From: an uncultured Phycisphaerales bacterium
Lineage (GTDB): Bacteria > Planctomycetota > Phycisphaerae > Sedimentisphaerales > Anaerobacaceae
Reading direction: 5' to 3'
Assembly (NCBI GenBank): GCA_963772725.1
Contig: CAVYYI010000004.1
Coordinates: forward strand, 128,001-192,000
DNA length: 64,000 nucleotides
Shown: piece after piece, positions 1 to 12,097 of the stretch
Layout of the letters: each line of letters begins with the position of its first letter
How positions within the stretch are numbered: the first letter of the stretch is position 1
The notes under the pieces: model-generated
Told to the model about the DNA's origin: nothing
Seen by the model: only the letters and a program-made list of their open reading frames with translations
Database searches by the model: none
Made by a program: the position numbers and the translations under genes

Positions 1-399
1 ACTAAGAAAATAATCAGTATAAACCCAAAAGAAAAAGAAAAAGAAGAATATAGAAAGAACAATAGGGAAAGTACTGTGTCCAATGTGTCCAAACCTACGG
101 ATGAAACCCATATTCCCGACACTCGTTTTCTCTCCCAGAAGTTCAAAGACGACGTCCGATTTGTCCTCGAATCTTTGGGCCTCGAGTCAAATTTTGGAAA
201 CTTCAAACGATGGGATCGGTTCATAAATTGGTCGGCCCTGGCATCCAACCTACAATCGCCTACCAGAGTGAGCCCGGCCCCATGCTCGATATGCGGTCAA
301 CACGACAAATTTATGGTTGAGATAATCGACACAAACAAGAAAGCTTGCTCCAGATGTTGGAGTAAGGTTCAGAAATGTATAAGTGAAAGGAGAAATTAA
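1..399 (+). CDS. C-terminal part of a phage protein with a terminal zinc ribbon; starts upstream of the window
   Basis: Frame 1 is open from base 1 into the listed ORF 76..399; CSIC...CSRC motif. Confidence 0.55.
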   Translation, partial: TKKIISINPKEKEKEEYRKNNRESTVSNVSKPTDETHIPDTRFLSQKFKDDVRFVLESLGLESNFGNFKRWDRFINWSALASNLQSPTRVSPAPCSICGQHDKFMVEIIDTNKKACSRCWSKVQKCISERRN

Positions 400-401
400 G
401 A

Positions 402-857
402 ATGCTTAAAAATTACACATCAATGGTTCCTGCGTTGAGGTCGATAGCTTACATCGAAGCAAAGCTGATTGAGCATGGCGCAACACAAATAGTAAAATTT
501 TATGGCCCAACTGGAATGATTGCAAGTTTATGTTTTGTGGTTCCATTAAACGGAGTTGATATACCTTTTAGACTTCCCGCCAGAGTTTTCGAATGCGAAA
601 AGAAACTTAAACAAAACTTATCCCCTCGCGCAAAGTCCGAGACTATACAGAAAATACCACAGCAGGCAGAGAGAACGGCATGGAAGATTCTTAGTGACTG
701 GGTTGAGGCACAGATGGCCATGATTGAACTTGCTCAGGTTGAATTCACAGAAGTATTCATGCCTTATATTTTTAATCATCAAAAAGGACAAACTGTCTTT
801 GAGATATTCAAAGAGCATAAATTCAAAGCGTTATTAACTGATAAAGCAGGAGCATAA
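402..857 (+). CDS. Phage hypothetical protein
   Basis: 151 aa ORF with AGGAG RBS in a tightly packed run. Confidence 0.65.
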   Translation: MLKNYTSMVPALRSIAYIEAKLIEHGATQIVKFYGPTGMIASLCFVVPLNGVDIPFRLPARVFECEKKLKQNLSPRAKSETIQKIPQQAERTAWKILSDWVEAQMAMIELAQVEFTEVFMPYIFNHQKGQTVFEIFKEHKFKALLTDKAGA

Positions 858-860
858 ATC

Positions 861-1121
861 ATGACCCCCACCGAAGTAAATAAACTATGGGAAACATACG
901 GCAATCAGGCATGGGCCAAGTGCATACCGCAGGTCAGAGAGATATTAAACAATCTCGCATTAAGCGATGACATTCCCGCGGATCAGGCCAAGTCCATTGT
1001 CCAAACGGCATCAATGGCCGCTGCGAGGGCTTACCGCCTTGGATTTAAGATTGGGAGCCTGGTTGGTGAGCGAGAGGCTAAGTCAGTGAAGATTATAACG
1101 GATTTAACACAGAGGAATTAA
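861..1121 (+). CDS. Hypothetical protein
   Basis: AGGAG RBS, packed behind the previous ORF. Confidence 0.6.
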   Translation: MTPTEVNKLWETYGNQAWAKCIPQVREILNNLALSDDIPADQAKSIVQTASMAAARAYRLGFKIGSLVGEREAKSVKIITDLTQRN

Positions 1122-1282
1122 GTAATGCCCCAAATAACTAACCAACACGCCGATTCGCTCTCCAGAATAGTCAAGCTGATGAAGTTGATAATTGTTAAAC
1201 GTAACGAGACCCAACGCTCCGTTGTCGTTGGAATATTGTGATGAGTTATTAGAGGCTTTGAAGCCGGAAAGGAATCCAAGCA

Positions 1283-1882
1283 ATGAAAACAGGACGTAAC
1301 GACCCATGCCATTGTGGCAGCGGTCGCAAATACAAGAAGTGTTGTTTGATGAAAGATGAAAGGAAAGTTATGAGTGAGGAACAAAAACAAGCAGGGCCGA
1401 GTATGGAAGAGGCAATAAAGCATCTTCACGGCTATATGAAACAGCGGGTTATACAGCACAATGCGGTAGTTCAAGTGCTGAATAACATTCTCTGCTGCCT
1501 TGAAACATTGCCGGCCAGTAAAGAGCGGGATTTCGTTAAGGCTGATTTCGAGCGGAGAATAAACGAGATGGTCGGCGAGGGCATGGGCCGCGATGCTCAG
1601 GTCACGACGGCATTGTTCAATCTGATGAAGAATTACCCCATCGTCACCAAACCACAGTTGCATAATGACAAGGAGGAACCAGTCAATGCAGAGCCAGAGA
1701 AGACGCAGGAAGCTGAACCAGCGGTATCGCAGGCAAGCGAAGAGGTACAAGAGGCCAAGTCTAATGCGGCGGTTAGTGATGCACTTGAAGGAGATGTTCA
1801 AGACGCCGCTACCGAAGTTTCCGACGTCGAGGACGAGATAGATGATATTGTTGAAGATGAGGACAAAGGCGAGGTTATTTAA
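1283..1882 (+). CDS. SEC-C motif protein with acidic C-terminal tail
   Basis: GRNDPCHCGSGRKYKKCC. Confidence 0.8.
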   Translation: MKTGRNDPCHCGSGRKYKKCCLMKDERKVMSEEQKQAGPSMEEAIKHLHGYMKQRVIQHNAVVQVLNNILCCLETLPASKERDFVKADFERRINEMVGEGMGRDAQVTTALFNLMKNYPIVTKPQLHNDKEEPVNAEPEKTQEAEPAVSQASEEVQEAKSNAAVSDALEGDVQDAATEVSDVEDEIDDIVEDEDKGEVI

Positions 1883-1942
1883 GTAAACGTATCGCAGGGA
1901 TGCGTTTCGTAATATGTTTTTTGAGTTTGAAAGGAGTTGGTT

Positions 1943-2191
1943 ATGGGAACGAGTTTATTAATTCAGGTTATTAAGTCGCTTGTCGCGGCGATGGTGGCAC
2001 AGCTTGACTCATTGACAGTTAAGCAGATTATCGACAAGGCGTTCGATGCCGTCGAAGAGAAGGTTGCGGCAACGCCCAACAAATGGGACGACGCCATCGT
2101 CATTCCAGTGTTGAAGGCGTTGCGTTCTGCGCTCAATGTGCCTGATAACGATGAGGCCGTCGGCGAGGTAGCGGAGCCTTCAGTTCTGTAA
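1943..2191 (+). CDS. Small phage protein (possibly lysis- or membrane-associated)
   Basis: AAGGAG RBS; amphipathic helices. Confidence 0.5.
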   Translation: MGTSLLIQVIKSLVAAMVAQLDSLTVKQIIDKAFDAVEEKVAATPNKWDDAIVIPVLKALRSALNVPDNDEAVGEVAEPSVL

Positions 2192-2246
2192 ACTAACTGC
2201 CCGGTGTTATGGGCGCCGGGCTAACTTTTTTGAGGGAGTAAAGTTT

Positions 2247-2480
2247 ATGGCAAGGAAAAACATTGAGCCAACATTGAGCAAGAACGATAGATTGCAGGTC
2301 AGGGCGTTTCAGATGCTTTATGATTTACGGAAACTTGAGCAGGGTTGCGATATAGCTTTCGCCTCGGCGGTTACTGATACGAGCGACGAAGTCTTTCAGC
2401 GAGCGATAAGACGCAGGCCTGAAATGATAAATCAATGGGAAAGAGAATTTTTATCGAGACGGAAAGGAATAGCGATATGA
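2247..2480 (+). CDS. Hypothetical protein
   Basis: GGGAG RBS; ATGA overlap with next ORF. Confidence 0.55.
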   Translation: MARKNIEPTLSKNDRLQVRAFQMLYDLRKLEQGCDIAFASAVTDTSDEVFQRAIRRRPEMINQWEREFLSRRKGIAI

Positions 2481-2845
2481 AGTTTATAACAATACTTTTA
2501 GCGGCAATAACCGGAGCGTTCGACGTAGTTAAACGCTTGTTTGATAGGGCAGATAAGAAGCAAAAAGACAAAGAGGACGCGGCCCACGACGCATCGAGCA
2601 ATATCTTCATGTGCCTGGCACTGTGTGTTTTGCTGGCGGGCTGTAATAATATCCACCTGGGCGATACGCCAATAACGTTTGACCCTAACGATTATCAGCC
2701 ATTGAAGGCAGGGCAATCATTCACCGCTCCAAAGGACGGCGTTTATTTCAGCCGTGACGCGGCGAGCAAGTGGATTAAGTCAAAGATATTCGAGTATGAG
2801 TTGAACAAAAACGGCTTTAACGTGAACAAGGACGATAAAAAATGA
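2477..2845 (+). CDS. Phage membrane protein/lipoprotein (spanin-like candidate)
   Basis: N-terminal hydrophobic segment and an internal lipobox VLLAGC. Confidence 0.45.
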   Translation: MKFITILLAAITGAFDVVKRLFDRADKKQKDKEDAAHDASSNIFMCLALCVLLAGCNNIHLGDTPITFDPNDYQPLKAGQSFTAPKDGVYFSRDAASKWIKSKIFEYELNKNGFNVNKDDKK

Positions 2846-3216
2846 ACACTTATATTGTTAAAGATCATTTTATACCCAACAATCTGGAAACCGAAAAGTG
2901 TTATATCAACAAAGAATGGTGGTATGCAAGGACTCTTATCAGGTTATCCGAAGATTTCCCTGTCTTCGAAGTGGATGTGTCGAGCATTGATTTAGGCGTT
3001 ATGCCGTGGAATGTCGGCAATATATTGATGATACTTGACCACGTTAACGACATCAACAATTGTGATTTAAGTTATCCAGTAATAATGAGCCCGACTGGAT
3101 GGATAATGAACGGTTGGCATAGAGTGGCGAAGGCGATATTAACAGGTGTTCAGAAAATTAAAGCTGTGCGTTTTCAGGAATTACCGCCAGCAGATGGAGT
3201 ATCAAATGAGCAGTAA
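2842..3216 (+). CDS. Short ParB/sulfiredoxin-like domain protein
   Basis: PVIM...IMNGWHRVAKA resembles the ParB/Srx DGxHR motif. Confidence 0.6.
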   Translation: MNTYIVKDHFIPNNLETEKCYINKEWWYARTLIRLSEDFPVFEVDVSSIDLGVMPWNVGNILMILDHVNDINNCDLSYPVIMSPTGWIMNGWHRVAKAILTGVQKIKAVRFQELPPADGVSNEQ

Positions 3217-3430
3217 CCAAAACGAAAAACTAACCTCGCGGAAAGTCTCCGACGAATTCCACGTGAACCAGTCAACGCTACGCGGCTGGCGGCGATGCCG
3301 GACGTTCGATAAGCGATATCCGCGGTTCCATAAGCTGTTTACTGGCTCCGTGTTCTATCTCCGCTGCGAGATAGAGGAAGATATCAAGAAGATGGAGATT
3401 GAGGCGGGGAGAATGGAGATGGCGTTATGA
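3206..3430 (+). CDS. Excisionase-like HTH protein
   Basis: LTSRKVSDEFHVNQSTLRGWR..YPRFHK..VFY pattern; next to the integrase. Confidence 0.65.
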   Translation: MSSNQNEKLTSRKVSDEFHVNQSTLRGWRRCRTFDKRYPRFHKLFTGSVFYLRCEIEEDIKKMEIEAGRMEMAL

Positions 3431-3622
3431 GTGAGCAACAAACACTTAATCAGCAATATTGCAAAACTTGTACTGCATACCCTGATAATTGTCAGCGTTG
3501 CATTAACTGGAAGCGGGAAAAAGATATTGAAGCCATAAAAGCCTCTTTAGACCCACTCATTCACCTCGATGAACTTATTTATGAACATCATCGACCGTTA
3601 TTACAAAAGTTTATTACTGGTA

Positions 3623-4693
3623 TCAAAGCCACTCATTCACCTTAAGCGTATTCACCCCATCCCTCTTGGCCGATTCCTCGGTTTTAATGTAATGCTTCAT
3701 AGTCGTTTCGATATTCGCATGGTTGTACATCTCTTGCAGAGCCTTGATTGGCACGCCGGCGTCAGCTTGCATAGAGCCGAATGTACGGCGCAGATCGTGG
3801 AATTCAATATCCTCTAATCCTGCACGTTTTCTAATCACTTCCCACTTCTTTGAGAACTTGAACTTGAAGAACTTCACTTGTTTGTCGCTAACCTCTTCCA
3901 GAATGAATCGCTCTATTTCAGGCATCAATGCGTTTGGCAATGGCTGATAGTTCGTGACCTTGCCAGTTTTCTGGTTGATGATGCTTACGGTTTTTCGCTC
4001 GATGTTCACGTCTCTTAGTTTGAGATTGTCGATATCGGAGCGACGCAGGCCAGTGCATACCGCGATTAATATCCTCATACGCCATTGCTTATCATCGGCG
4101 CAGGCGATGAGCAATTCCTTTACCTCGCGGTTATTGAGTATTCTGATTTGCTTGCCGTCAGCCTTAACGTTCTTGATTTCAATCTCGCTTATGAACCGAT
4201 GCTTCACGCCCCAGTTGATTATGGCCCTGAAGTTTCGGATGTGCTTATTGATCGTGTTCGGGCTAAGCTTCACGTAAACTTTCTTGTCTTTTGTGGTTTG
4301 AAGTTTGTCCAGCCGCTTAGAGTCTCGGCCCTGCAATCTCGATATGAATTCGTTCATTGTTGACATATTGACCGACGCCGTACTTGCCACTTGGCAATAC
4401 TTATCGAACAGGTTCATGGTGTTTGTGATGTCGGCAATGCTGTGTGACGCCAGGCCCTCGACCTTCTTTTGCTTGAAGTATTGCTCCTTGAACGCTGACC
4501 ATGGAATATCGATCACGGACCCGATAGGCCTGACGTCGGCATTGAGTTCGGCAAACTTGCGGGCCTTGAACGTAGCGACGTATTTTTTGTACTCTGGCAT
4601 GAAATACTTAGACCGCCTTCGTCCAGAGTCATCGTACCATTCGACGTACTGACCGGGAATACCCTTCCTCACTGTCACCCACACTTTGCGCAT
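3623..4693 (-). CDS. Tyrosine recombinase/integrase
   Basis: TGLRRSD, HDLRRT, NHANIETTMKHY catalytic motifs; adjacent to the tRNA 3' end. Confidence 0.95.
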   Translation of the reverse strand: MRKVWVTVRKGIPGQYVEWYDDSGRRRSKYFMPEYKKYVATFKARKFAELNADVRPIGSVIDIPWSAFKEQYFKQKKVEGLASHSIADITNTMNLFDKYCQVASTASVNMSTMNEFISRLQGRDSKRLDKLQTTKDKKVYVKLSPNTINKHIRNFRAIINWGVKHRFISEIEIKNVKADGKQIRILNNREVKELLIACADDKQWRMRILIAVCTGLRRSDIDNLKLRDVNIERKTVSIINQKTGKVTNYQPLPNALMPEIERFILEEVSDKQVKFFKFKFSKKWEVIRKRAGLEDIEFHDLRRTFGSMQADAGVPIKALQEMYNHANIETTMKHYIKTEESAKRDGVNTLKVNEWL

Positions 4694-4828
4694 GGCCAAA
4701 ATCCTATCACAATTTAAACTTGATTTCCAGTTCTTTTTGTTGCTCTCGTTGGTTATACCGTGGTGATACGTCACCACAAATAAAAAGCATTAACGTATCT
4801 AACTGCTGATATTTTAATGCTTTACCAC

Positions 4829-4902
4829 TGCGCCCGACAGGAATCGAACCTGTAACCTTCGGATTCGAAGTCCGGCACTCTATCCAGTTGAGCTACGGGC
4901 GC
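4829..4902 (-). tRNA. tRNA-Arg(TCG), CCA not encoded
   Basis: GCGCCCG..CGGGCGC acceptor stem, CT-TCG-AA anticodon loop, TTCGATT T-loop. Confidence 0.95.
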
Positions 4903-5248
4903 TAAACCTAAACGAAAAACAAGTTCAGAAAAATCCTCTCTAACTTTACACCCAACAGCCCAATTTTGCAAGAGGCGATTTTCCGGTGGAACCCAAATTG
5001 TCAAAGAGCTTAAAAACCGCTTATTGCAGCATAAAAATCTTTATGAAAAATCAATCAAGTTGAGTAAAAATCTGATATTTGGTATTTGATAAATGTATCC
5101 CCGGCGCCACAAAAGAAGCCGGGGCAATTCTTCAGTCTGCCGGAGCTTTCCTCAAGGGACTTGGAAGTTGATTAATAAGAATATGTTGGGCCTCGCTTGT
5201 TCATAGGTGATTTTCTGTTTTTTCGGCGGTGATTAAAACGCTGGCAGT

Positions 5249-6450
5249 TCAGGATCTGGATACCGGGATAATAGCCATGCCTTCAACCTCAATCAGCCAC
5301 CCGGGGCGGCAGACACGGGCCAGAACAACATCAATTGGAGCATCACTGAAACGTTTCCGCATCATCTGTTGCGCAGCAATATAATCGCTTGGGTCGCGTA
5401 CATATACGATGAATACACACATATCCTTAAAAGTGGCGCCGGCCTGCTTCAGCAGTGCCTCTGTGTTTTCAAGTGTTCGCTCAAGCTGTCGCGACACATC
5501 GCCGGGATGCAGAATTTCGCCTTTACGGTCAATACTGGCCGTTCCTGAAATGAAAATATGTTTGCGGTCTTTATAATCAATCGAGGTTGCCCGTTCAAAA
5601 GTAACGCCATATAAATATGTCGGGCTCAAATGATCCGGCGCCGATAAAAATTTAATCTGTTCTTGCCGTATGCCTGAAATCGCATAAGCGTCCATAGTAA
5701 CCATAGCGGCTGGGTTAATATAATCGCCTTCAACGCCCGTGCTTGCTATAAAGTGTGTATCCTGCGTCAAACCATGCTTAGCGAAAAATTCTTTCCTCGC
5801 TTCTGTCATCCCGTGATAATTAGCATCAATATTCTGCACAAATAGCCACGTGCGAATCACATTGTCCGCCAGGGACATACCGCGTCTTTGTAAAATGGTA
5901 TTGTATTTCTCGAAGATACATTTTGTTTGTTCGTATGATGTGTTCTTGTTCAGGCTTGTAATGCCTGTTGTCCAGTGGTGTGAAAGGCCGCCGCGCTTCA
6001 TGGTCAAAGTGTTGCCGTCTTTTATTTTGTCCGTGCGAACAGGATCACTTACGTGATAAGCCCACAGCGACACTTTTGCCGGTGGAGCAGGGTGCTGACG
6101 TACCCACGACACAGCACAGGATTCATCTTTATTCCTGGGATTGGCGAAAGGATTTGCCTCCAGGGCTGCCGATTGATTCAGCAGGTCGCTGCAAAAGAAC
6201 CGCCGCAGAAGCGCTGTCCGCTATCCAGCCCAATCGAATCCATCGCGTTCTTATATGCCGCAAACACCCATTCCAATTGCGTCTCAAAACTTGCGTATTC
6301 TGTGGGCTGCACGACAAGATGATATTCTTCAACTCCGTCTTGTCCCTGGAAACGGGATATATTCACCTCCGCCGATAGCTTTCCACAGTCAAAGGAGTAA
6401 CAATTCATCAAATTCTCCGTCAAAATATCGTTATTAATTGCTTTTGTCAT
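5249..6450 (-). CDS. Rid/YjgF-fold (chorismatase-like, multi-domain) protein, frameshift near 6.12-6.18 kb
   Basis: IFISGTASID, VCRPGWLIEVEG; split across ORFs 6178..6585 and 5249..6112. Confidence 0.8.
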
Positions 6451-6469
6451 AATAGCATTCTTTACAATT

Positions 6470-8838
6470 TCATTGCTGTACAACTTCAAACGGTATTGCC
6501 GGCAATACGCCGAGCGAAACCCGCTGTTTTTGTGCAGCTTTATTGGCCTGACGCATAGTCTCCATATTGGTAAACGCCTCGACAATCAGATTGTCCTTGT
6601 ATCCAGCCTGAACCACTTTTTCATCGGCCTTTAAAACTAACACAATTTCGTCGCTCTCAACTGTTGCTTTCTGAAGCGTCATGCCTTTAGGCGGTTCGCT
6701 CAGTTCGACCTGCACATTTTGAGCATAGGTTTTTTCCACATTTTAATTCTTGCCTTGGCGCTGCCGCCCGCGGGAATCTTAATTTCACTGCCCCCGCTCA
6801 ATTCAAAGCTTGGCGCAGAACGCCTCGTTTTCAAAACCAAAACCATAAGTTCCTGTGATGGCACCAAATGCTGATATACAAACGCCTGCATCATATCTTG
6901 TGCCGGAATAGCCCGTCTGCCAATCATTTGCCCACCGATTACGGCACGGCCTTCCAATTGCAGGACAACAGGCTCATCAAGTAAATCATCTGGCGCCGTC
7001 AGCGTCATGCGGATACGGTCCCGGCCGCCGGGAATCCGCCCGCCGCTCAAGCTTGAAACCGGCAGGGGCGTCTTTGAACACCACTTCAATATCGCCGTTA
7101 AATCCTTCTTTTCTGAAATGCGTGAGCACAGATTAGCAACGCTTCGCCCAACTGGCACACTTATGCTCGATGGCGTTACATAGACCGCAAAGTCCGGCCG
7201 CGGCGGCCCGATACGCAGCCGATAGCCGTATTCCTTGCCGCCGTGGTGCTGCGCATCGCTCAACTGCACATAATATGTTCCGTCTTTTGGCAGCTTGGCA
7301 TTTATATATGAATCGCCGTAATGCGTCTGCAGGCCCATCTGCTTATCCTCGTGGTCGTCATTCCATGCAAGCACTTTTCCCGACGCGTCGGTCAGCCGAA
7401 GCAGCGAATCCAGCGGCGAACCCAATCGGCGGGCATACACTTCAGCGACCATTTCATCGCCGGTATGTCCTTCGAATTAAATACGTCAGTGTCGCCGGAT
7501 TTTGCGATACGGCCGTTGATGATCACCGGCAGCGATGATTTGCTGAGCATTCTGTAAGGTATCATTGATTTCGATTTCATTGCATTCAGGCAGAGTATCC
7601 ACGGCATACAGAATACTGTTGGAAAGCCATTTATTCTGCTGCAATGCCGCCTCGCGAATATTGTCATGCCCGGCTGCGTATCCAGGCCAGCGTTTTTTGG
7701 AGGAGATTCCAGCCGCCGATTGAAGCGACCGTCGCCACACCCGTTTGACCGCCCAGCGGGAACATCTGCGAGATGAACGGCTGTTCGCTAATCGCTGACG
7801 CGATAGACAAAATCCTCCCGTCCGCGATAAATGGCATCGTGTATCTCCATCTCATATTCGCCATCTCTCGGAATCTCATAGTAAAGCACCGGGTCGGGAT
7901 CAAAGCGGTAATCGTCCGCAGACGCCAATTCGTTGCCGTTAGCATCATACACGGCCACCGTGGCCTGAAACCAGCCCGGAACGGCATCGGCAAGATACGG
8001 GATAAGACGGCGAGCGTGCGTTTCTATCACAAGATGCTGCCCCGCCGAGCCGAAAACGGAAACGGTCAACTTCGCCCGGCATAATCTGTCCATTCAGCAG
8101 AACAGGCAATATTCACCGCTGCCATTTCGGGTTTATCGGGTCCTTGAATTTCGGTTCACGAATTTCCGGCAGAGTCCCAACCTCAAAGCACAACGGATTT
8201 GTCAGACCGACCGTTGTTCCAATACGCAGTTCCCTGTCGCCCGGCATCGCATTGGGATCAATAGTAACTTTAATAATCCGTTTCAGCAATCTGCATATTC
8301 TGCTGTTTTTTCGGATTGAAAAATTCTTTCGTTAAATCCTGCAATTCTTTGAAGGCTCATATTTTCAAGATTCTTCAAGCAGCGGATGATCCGGCAGAAC
8401 TTAATCTCTTCTTTCGCATTCGGGTTGACCTTTTCGATATTCTCAGTTTTTTGTAAGCTCCTGGCGCTGCGCATAGATGCCCGGCCTTTCGTATCGGCGA
8501 ATTGCCCAATTTTTCCTGCCGCAACTGCCGTATTATATACATTCGCATTTCCTGTAAGCTGTTTTTGATTGAGCGGCTTGACATACTGTTATCACTGTGG
8601 CATGTACTCCTTCCCCTGAAATATACACACTGTCGGCACCCTGAAGATACTGTCCGCCGGCTGTAATATCAAAGGTGGAACCCTGCTGCCCGCCAGCCGG
8701 ATAAAGATAGCCGATATGCGGCTCTTTTTTATCTGTTGCACCGATAGGAACGGCCTCGCATGCGGCAATAATCATCAACAGTAAGCAGCAGTTTTTAGAT
8801 AATTTCACGACATCGCTCCGAACTTTACATAATCTCAC
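6470..8838 (-). CDS. Secreted PPC-domain (pre-peptidase C-terminal) protein, several frameshifts
   Basis: PHIGYLYPAGGQQG N-terminus; repeated 'DSLLRLTD..ND..DS....LP.DG.Y' modules. Confidence 0.75.
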
Positions 8839-10191
8839 TTAAGCGGTTTTCTTTAGCCGACGGCATAACCTGAACATTCAATCCTCGCGGGTTTGGCATC
8901 TGGCCATCGGGGTCAATGCCCAGCAGTTCATACATGCTGGCGATCAAATCTTGCGGATGCACTGGCCGCTTTGCCACTTCCTCGCCTGTTGCGTTCGGAT
9001 GCCCCGATGACATGCCCGCCTTTGAATCCGCCGCCTGCGACCACCGCGCAGAAGCACTTGCCATAATGTCCCCGCCCGCCGTTCCATGGTGATTCCCACT
9101 GGACTTTCGGCGTTCGTCCGAATTCGCCGCCCCACCACACAATGGTACTGTCGAGCAGACCGCGGTCGCTCAAATCCTGCAGCAGCGTGGCCATACCCTT
9201 ATCCATTTCCGGCAGCTTCTGCCGCATCGCCTCAAAGTGCTGTTTATGTGTGTCCCATCCTTTGTAGTTAATGGTAATATACGGCACGCCGTTTTCGACA
9301 AGCCGCCGCGCCATCAGGCAGCTCTGCCCGAAAGTATTGCGGCCGTATTGGTCCCTAAGTTCATCTTTTTCCTTCGACAAATCAAAGAGCTTTCCGCCAT
9401 CGCCGAGAATCAAATCGTAGGCCTTCTCCTCACATGCGTCAAGCTGTGCAAATTGCTTGTTTCCCGGCATCGCTTTGCCGAGCGAATCGAGATCGTGGAG
9501 CAGTTCACGCCGGTTTTTCTGCCGCTCATCGGAAATACCCTCCGCGACAACTCCCGACACGACAAAACGTTTCTTGCTTGGGTCGCCGCCGGTGGCAAAG
9601 GGCTTGCACCGCGGCCACAAAAATCCCACTTCTGAAAATCGCCCCTGAAGTTCCGTCAGCACGATATACGGCGGAATCAGTCCCTTTATAGCCGTGGTCA
9701 TATCCCTTGAACAGCGACACAACCGCCCCCACACTCGGATAAACCAGCCTGTCGCCGGCTGTGCCTGCCGCCCGTCTGCACCATATATGCTGCTGTTTCA
9801 TGGGCGTTGATGCCGTGGGTCATACTGCGGATGATTGAATACTTGTCAGCCTGTTTGGCCAAGCAGCGGCAGCAGTTCGCATATTTGTATCCCCGGTACA
9901 TTGGTCGCAATCGGATGATTCAACGGCCCGCAATAATCATTGCCCGCCTCCGGCTTTGGGTCGAACGTATCTAAATGCGATGGCCCGCCCCACAGCCATA
10001 TCTGGATAACAGATTTGGCTCGCGAGCCTCCGTCCTTGGCCTGTACCGATTGAACATCGGTTGCACACCCTCATTTGCGCCAAACGCCTTCAAACTGAAA
10101 CGATTCGAAGCTAACAGCCCGCTCGCTCCATAAGCCCCCATTTCATCATCTCACGCCGTGTTAAAGCATTTATGTTTTTATCTTTGCTCAT
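8825..10191 (-). CDS. DUF1501 family protein (Tat), frameshifted
   Basis: TRREMM signal, GGPSHLDTFDPKP, GWDTH, GEFGRTP. Confidence 0.9.
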
Positions 10192-10233
10192 ATTCGTTAC
10201 CTTATCATAATCATAACCATTATTAAATCCGGT

Positions 10234-11852
10234 TTAATGGCGATAAAGAAATTCTTTGCTGTTGATCAGCGCCCAAATCAATCATCCATAGCATCTTTCC
10301 TGCCTGTCTTGCCGTCGCCGAAATATTTTCCACACCGCTTCTTTTTCGCTTTCCGTCGGATAACGCGACAGGATAGTCAGATAAATATTCGAAATAACCT
10401 CGCCGCGTTTGCCCGCGCCTGTCATAATTTGTTTACGCAGCAGGGGGCTTTGCTGAATTTTACTTTGAATATCGCTTGAATTAAGCAGATACAGCCGCTG
10501 CTCGCCGGTCGGTTCATTGTTGCGTTCGGATTCCAGGCCCGTATCGCGGGCAGGGCGGCCGAACATTTCGAGAAATGAACTGGTGATGCTGCCGTCCACC
10601 AGCGTTATTGTCCGCTGCCCTTCGGTATATAGGTGAAAGGTTCCGGAATTGGGCTTGAATAACTTTCCCCTGTTCCGCCGATCCAGTCCAAAGCGTCAAT
10701 CAGAACTTCCGCGTCAAGCCTGCGAACAGGATAACAGGCGAACAGCTTCTCAGCCTCCGGACTCTTGCTTTGCGGAATCGAAGATTGCTGATAAATGCTC
10801 GAATTGAGTATCAGCCGGTAAATATGCCGCAGGTCGTATTTGGATTTTACAAGCTCCTTTTCCAGATAGGCAAGCAGTTCCGGATTTACCGCTGGATTGT
10901 CCGGCCGTATATCATCCGGCTTGTCAATAATGCCCCTGCCCAGCAGCCACGCCCATATCCGGTTGACAATATTACGCGCAAACCATGGATTGTTCGGCCC
11001 GAAATCAGCCAATCAGCGAACACCCGCCGCGGGTCCCGATCCGCTTCAATCCGCATCTTAGTTCCATCGGGAAAAACGACATCCATCGCGTCCGTTTGAT
11101 TCGGGTCAGAATATACGATTTCTTCTTTCCACTCAGCCGTGCTTTTATACGCGACCCGTGAAAAAAAAGCCTCCATATTGGCACGCTCAGCCTTGAGGCA
11201 AATTTTCAAACCTTACCCCCATAAACGTCAATGCGACTGCCCCGGCGATTGATGAAGGCTCGCGTCCCTGAATCGCCCGGTAAAAATTAACCTGCGGCAC
11301 ACGGAAATTGCTGCCGCTCGACGTCAAAAGTTCACGGGCAAACTGGTCGTAAGGCATATTTTTCCGAACCGCGTCATGGATCCAGCGATTATACGCCTGC
11401 ACCGCGTTGGGCCAGAGGTTGATGGGAAATTCCGATTTCACCCGCAGCAGGTCGCACCATTTCAGCGTCCAGTAGTCGGTAAACTCTTTGCGCTTCATTA
11501 GGGCCTCAATCAGTTGAGAACGTTTGCCGGGATTTTCATCTTCCAGAAATTTGCGAACCTCATCTGCTTTGGGTAGCGTCCCAATTACATCTATATACAC
11601 TCGCCTGACTAAAACCTCATCAGAGCAAATATTTGCCGGTTGAATGTTATGCTTGCGCAAAGACGCTATTACAAGACTGTCAATGCGGTTTTTGGGCGTA
11701 AAACCGCCTTCCCGCTCATAAGGACGCACAATTCCAGCTTCGTCGGCAAAAACGCTGACCGCCAACAGACAAATCATTACTGTAAAAATAACTGTCTTTA
11801 TGAACCTGTCAGGCTGTATAGGCATTTCACTTCTTTCCCTTGCTAACTCCAT
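10234..11852 (-). CDS. DUF1549/DUF1553 domain protein, frameshifted
   Basis: RRVYIDVIGTLP, PYDQFARELLT, FARNIVNRIW, RRLDAEVL, ALINSKEF. Confidence 0.9.
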
Positions 11853-12097
11853 AATTTTAAAGATCTTACGCCCAAACGCAGAAAATAGTTCTATATAATC
11901 ATTTTACGAAAATAAGGACGTTTCTGTAAAAGTATTTATTTCACAATTTTTTTAAAAATGGTCTCGTTGGCAACACATAGTTGGTAGCAGGCAGGTAGTC
12001 AAGCTGTCATTTTGAGCTAAGTCCGCCGAAAGTCCGCTTTCGGCTTAGAGTCGAGGAATCTATTTATATTGAATATCAGTGCGAATTTTTTCGTTTA

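Larger units (their letters stand above)
1..4828. mobile_element. End of a prophage/integrative element inserted at tRNA-Arg
   Basis: Integrase, excisionase and small phage-like ORFs abut the tRNA 3' end. Confidence 0.8.
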
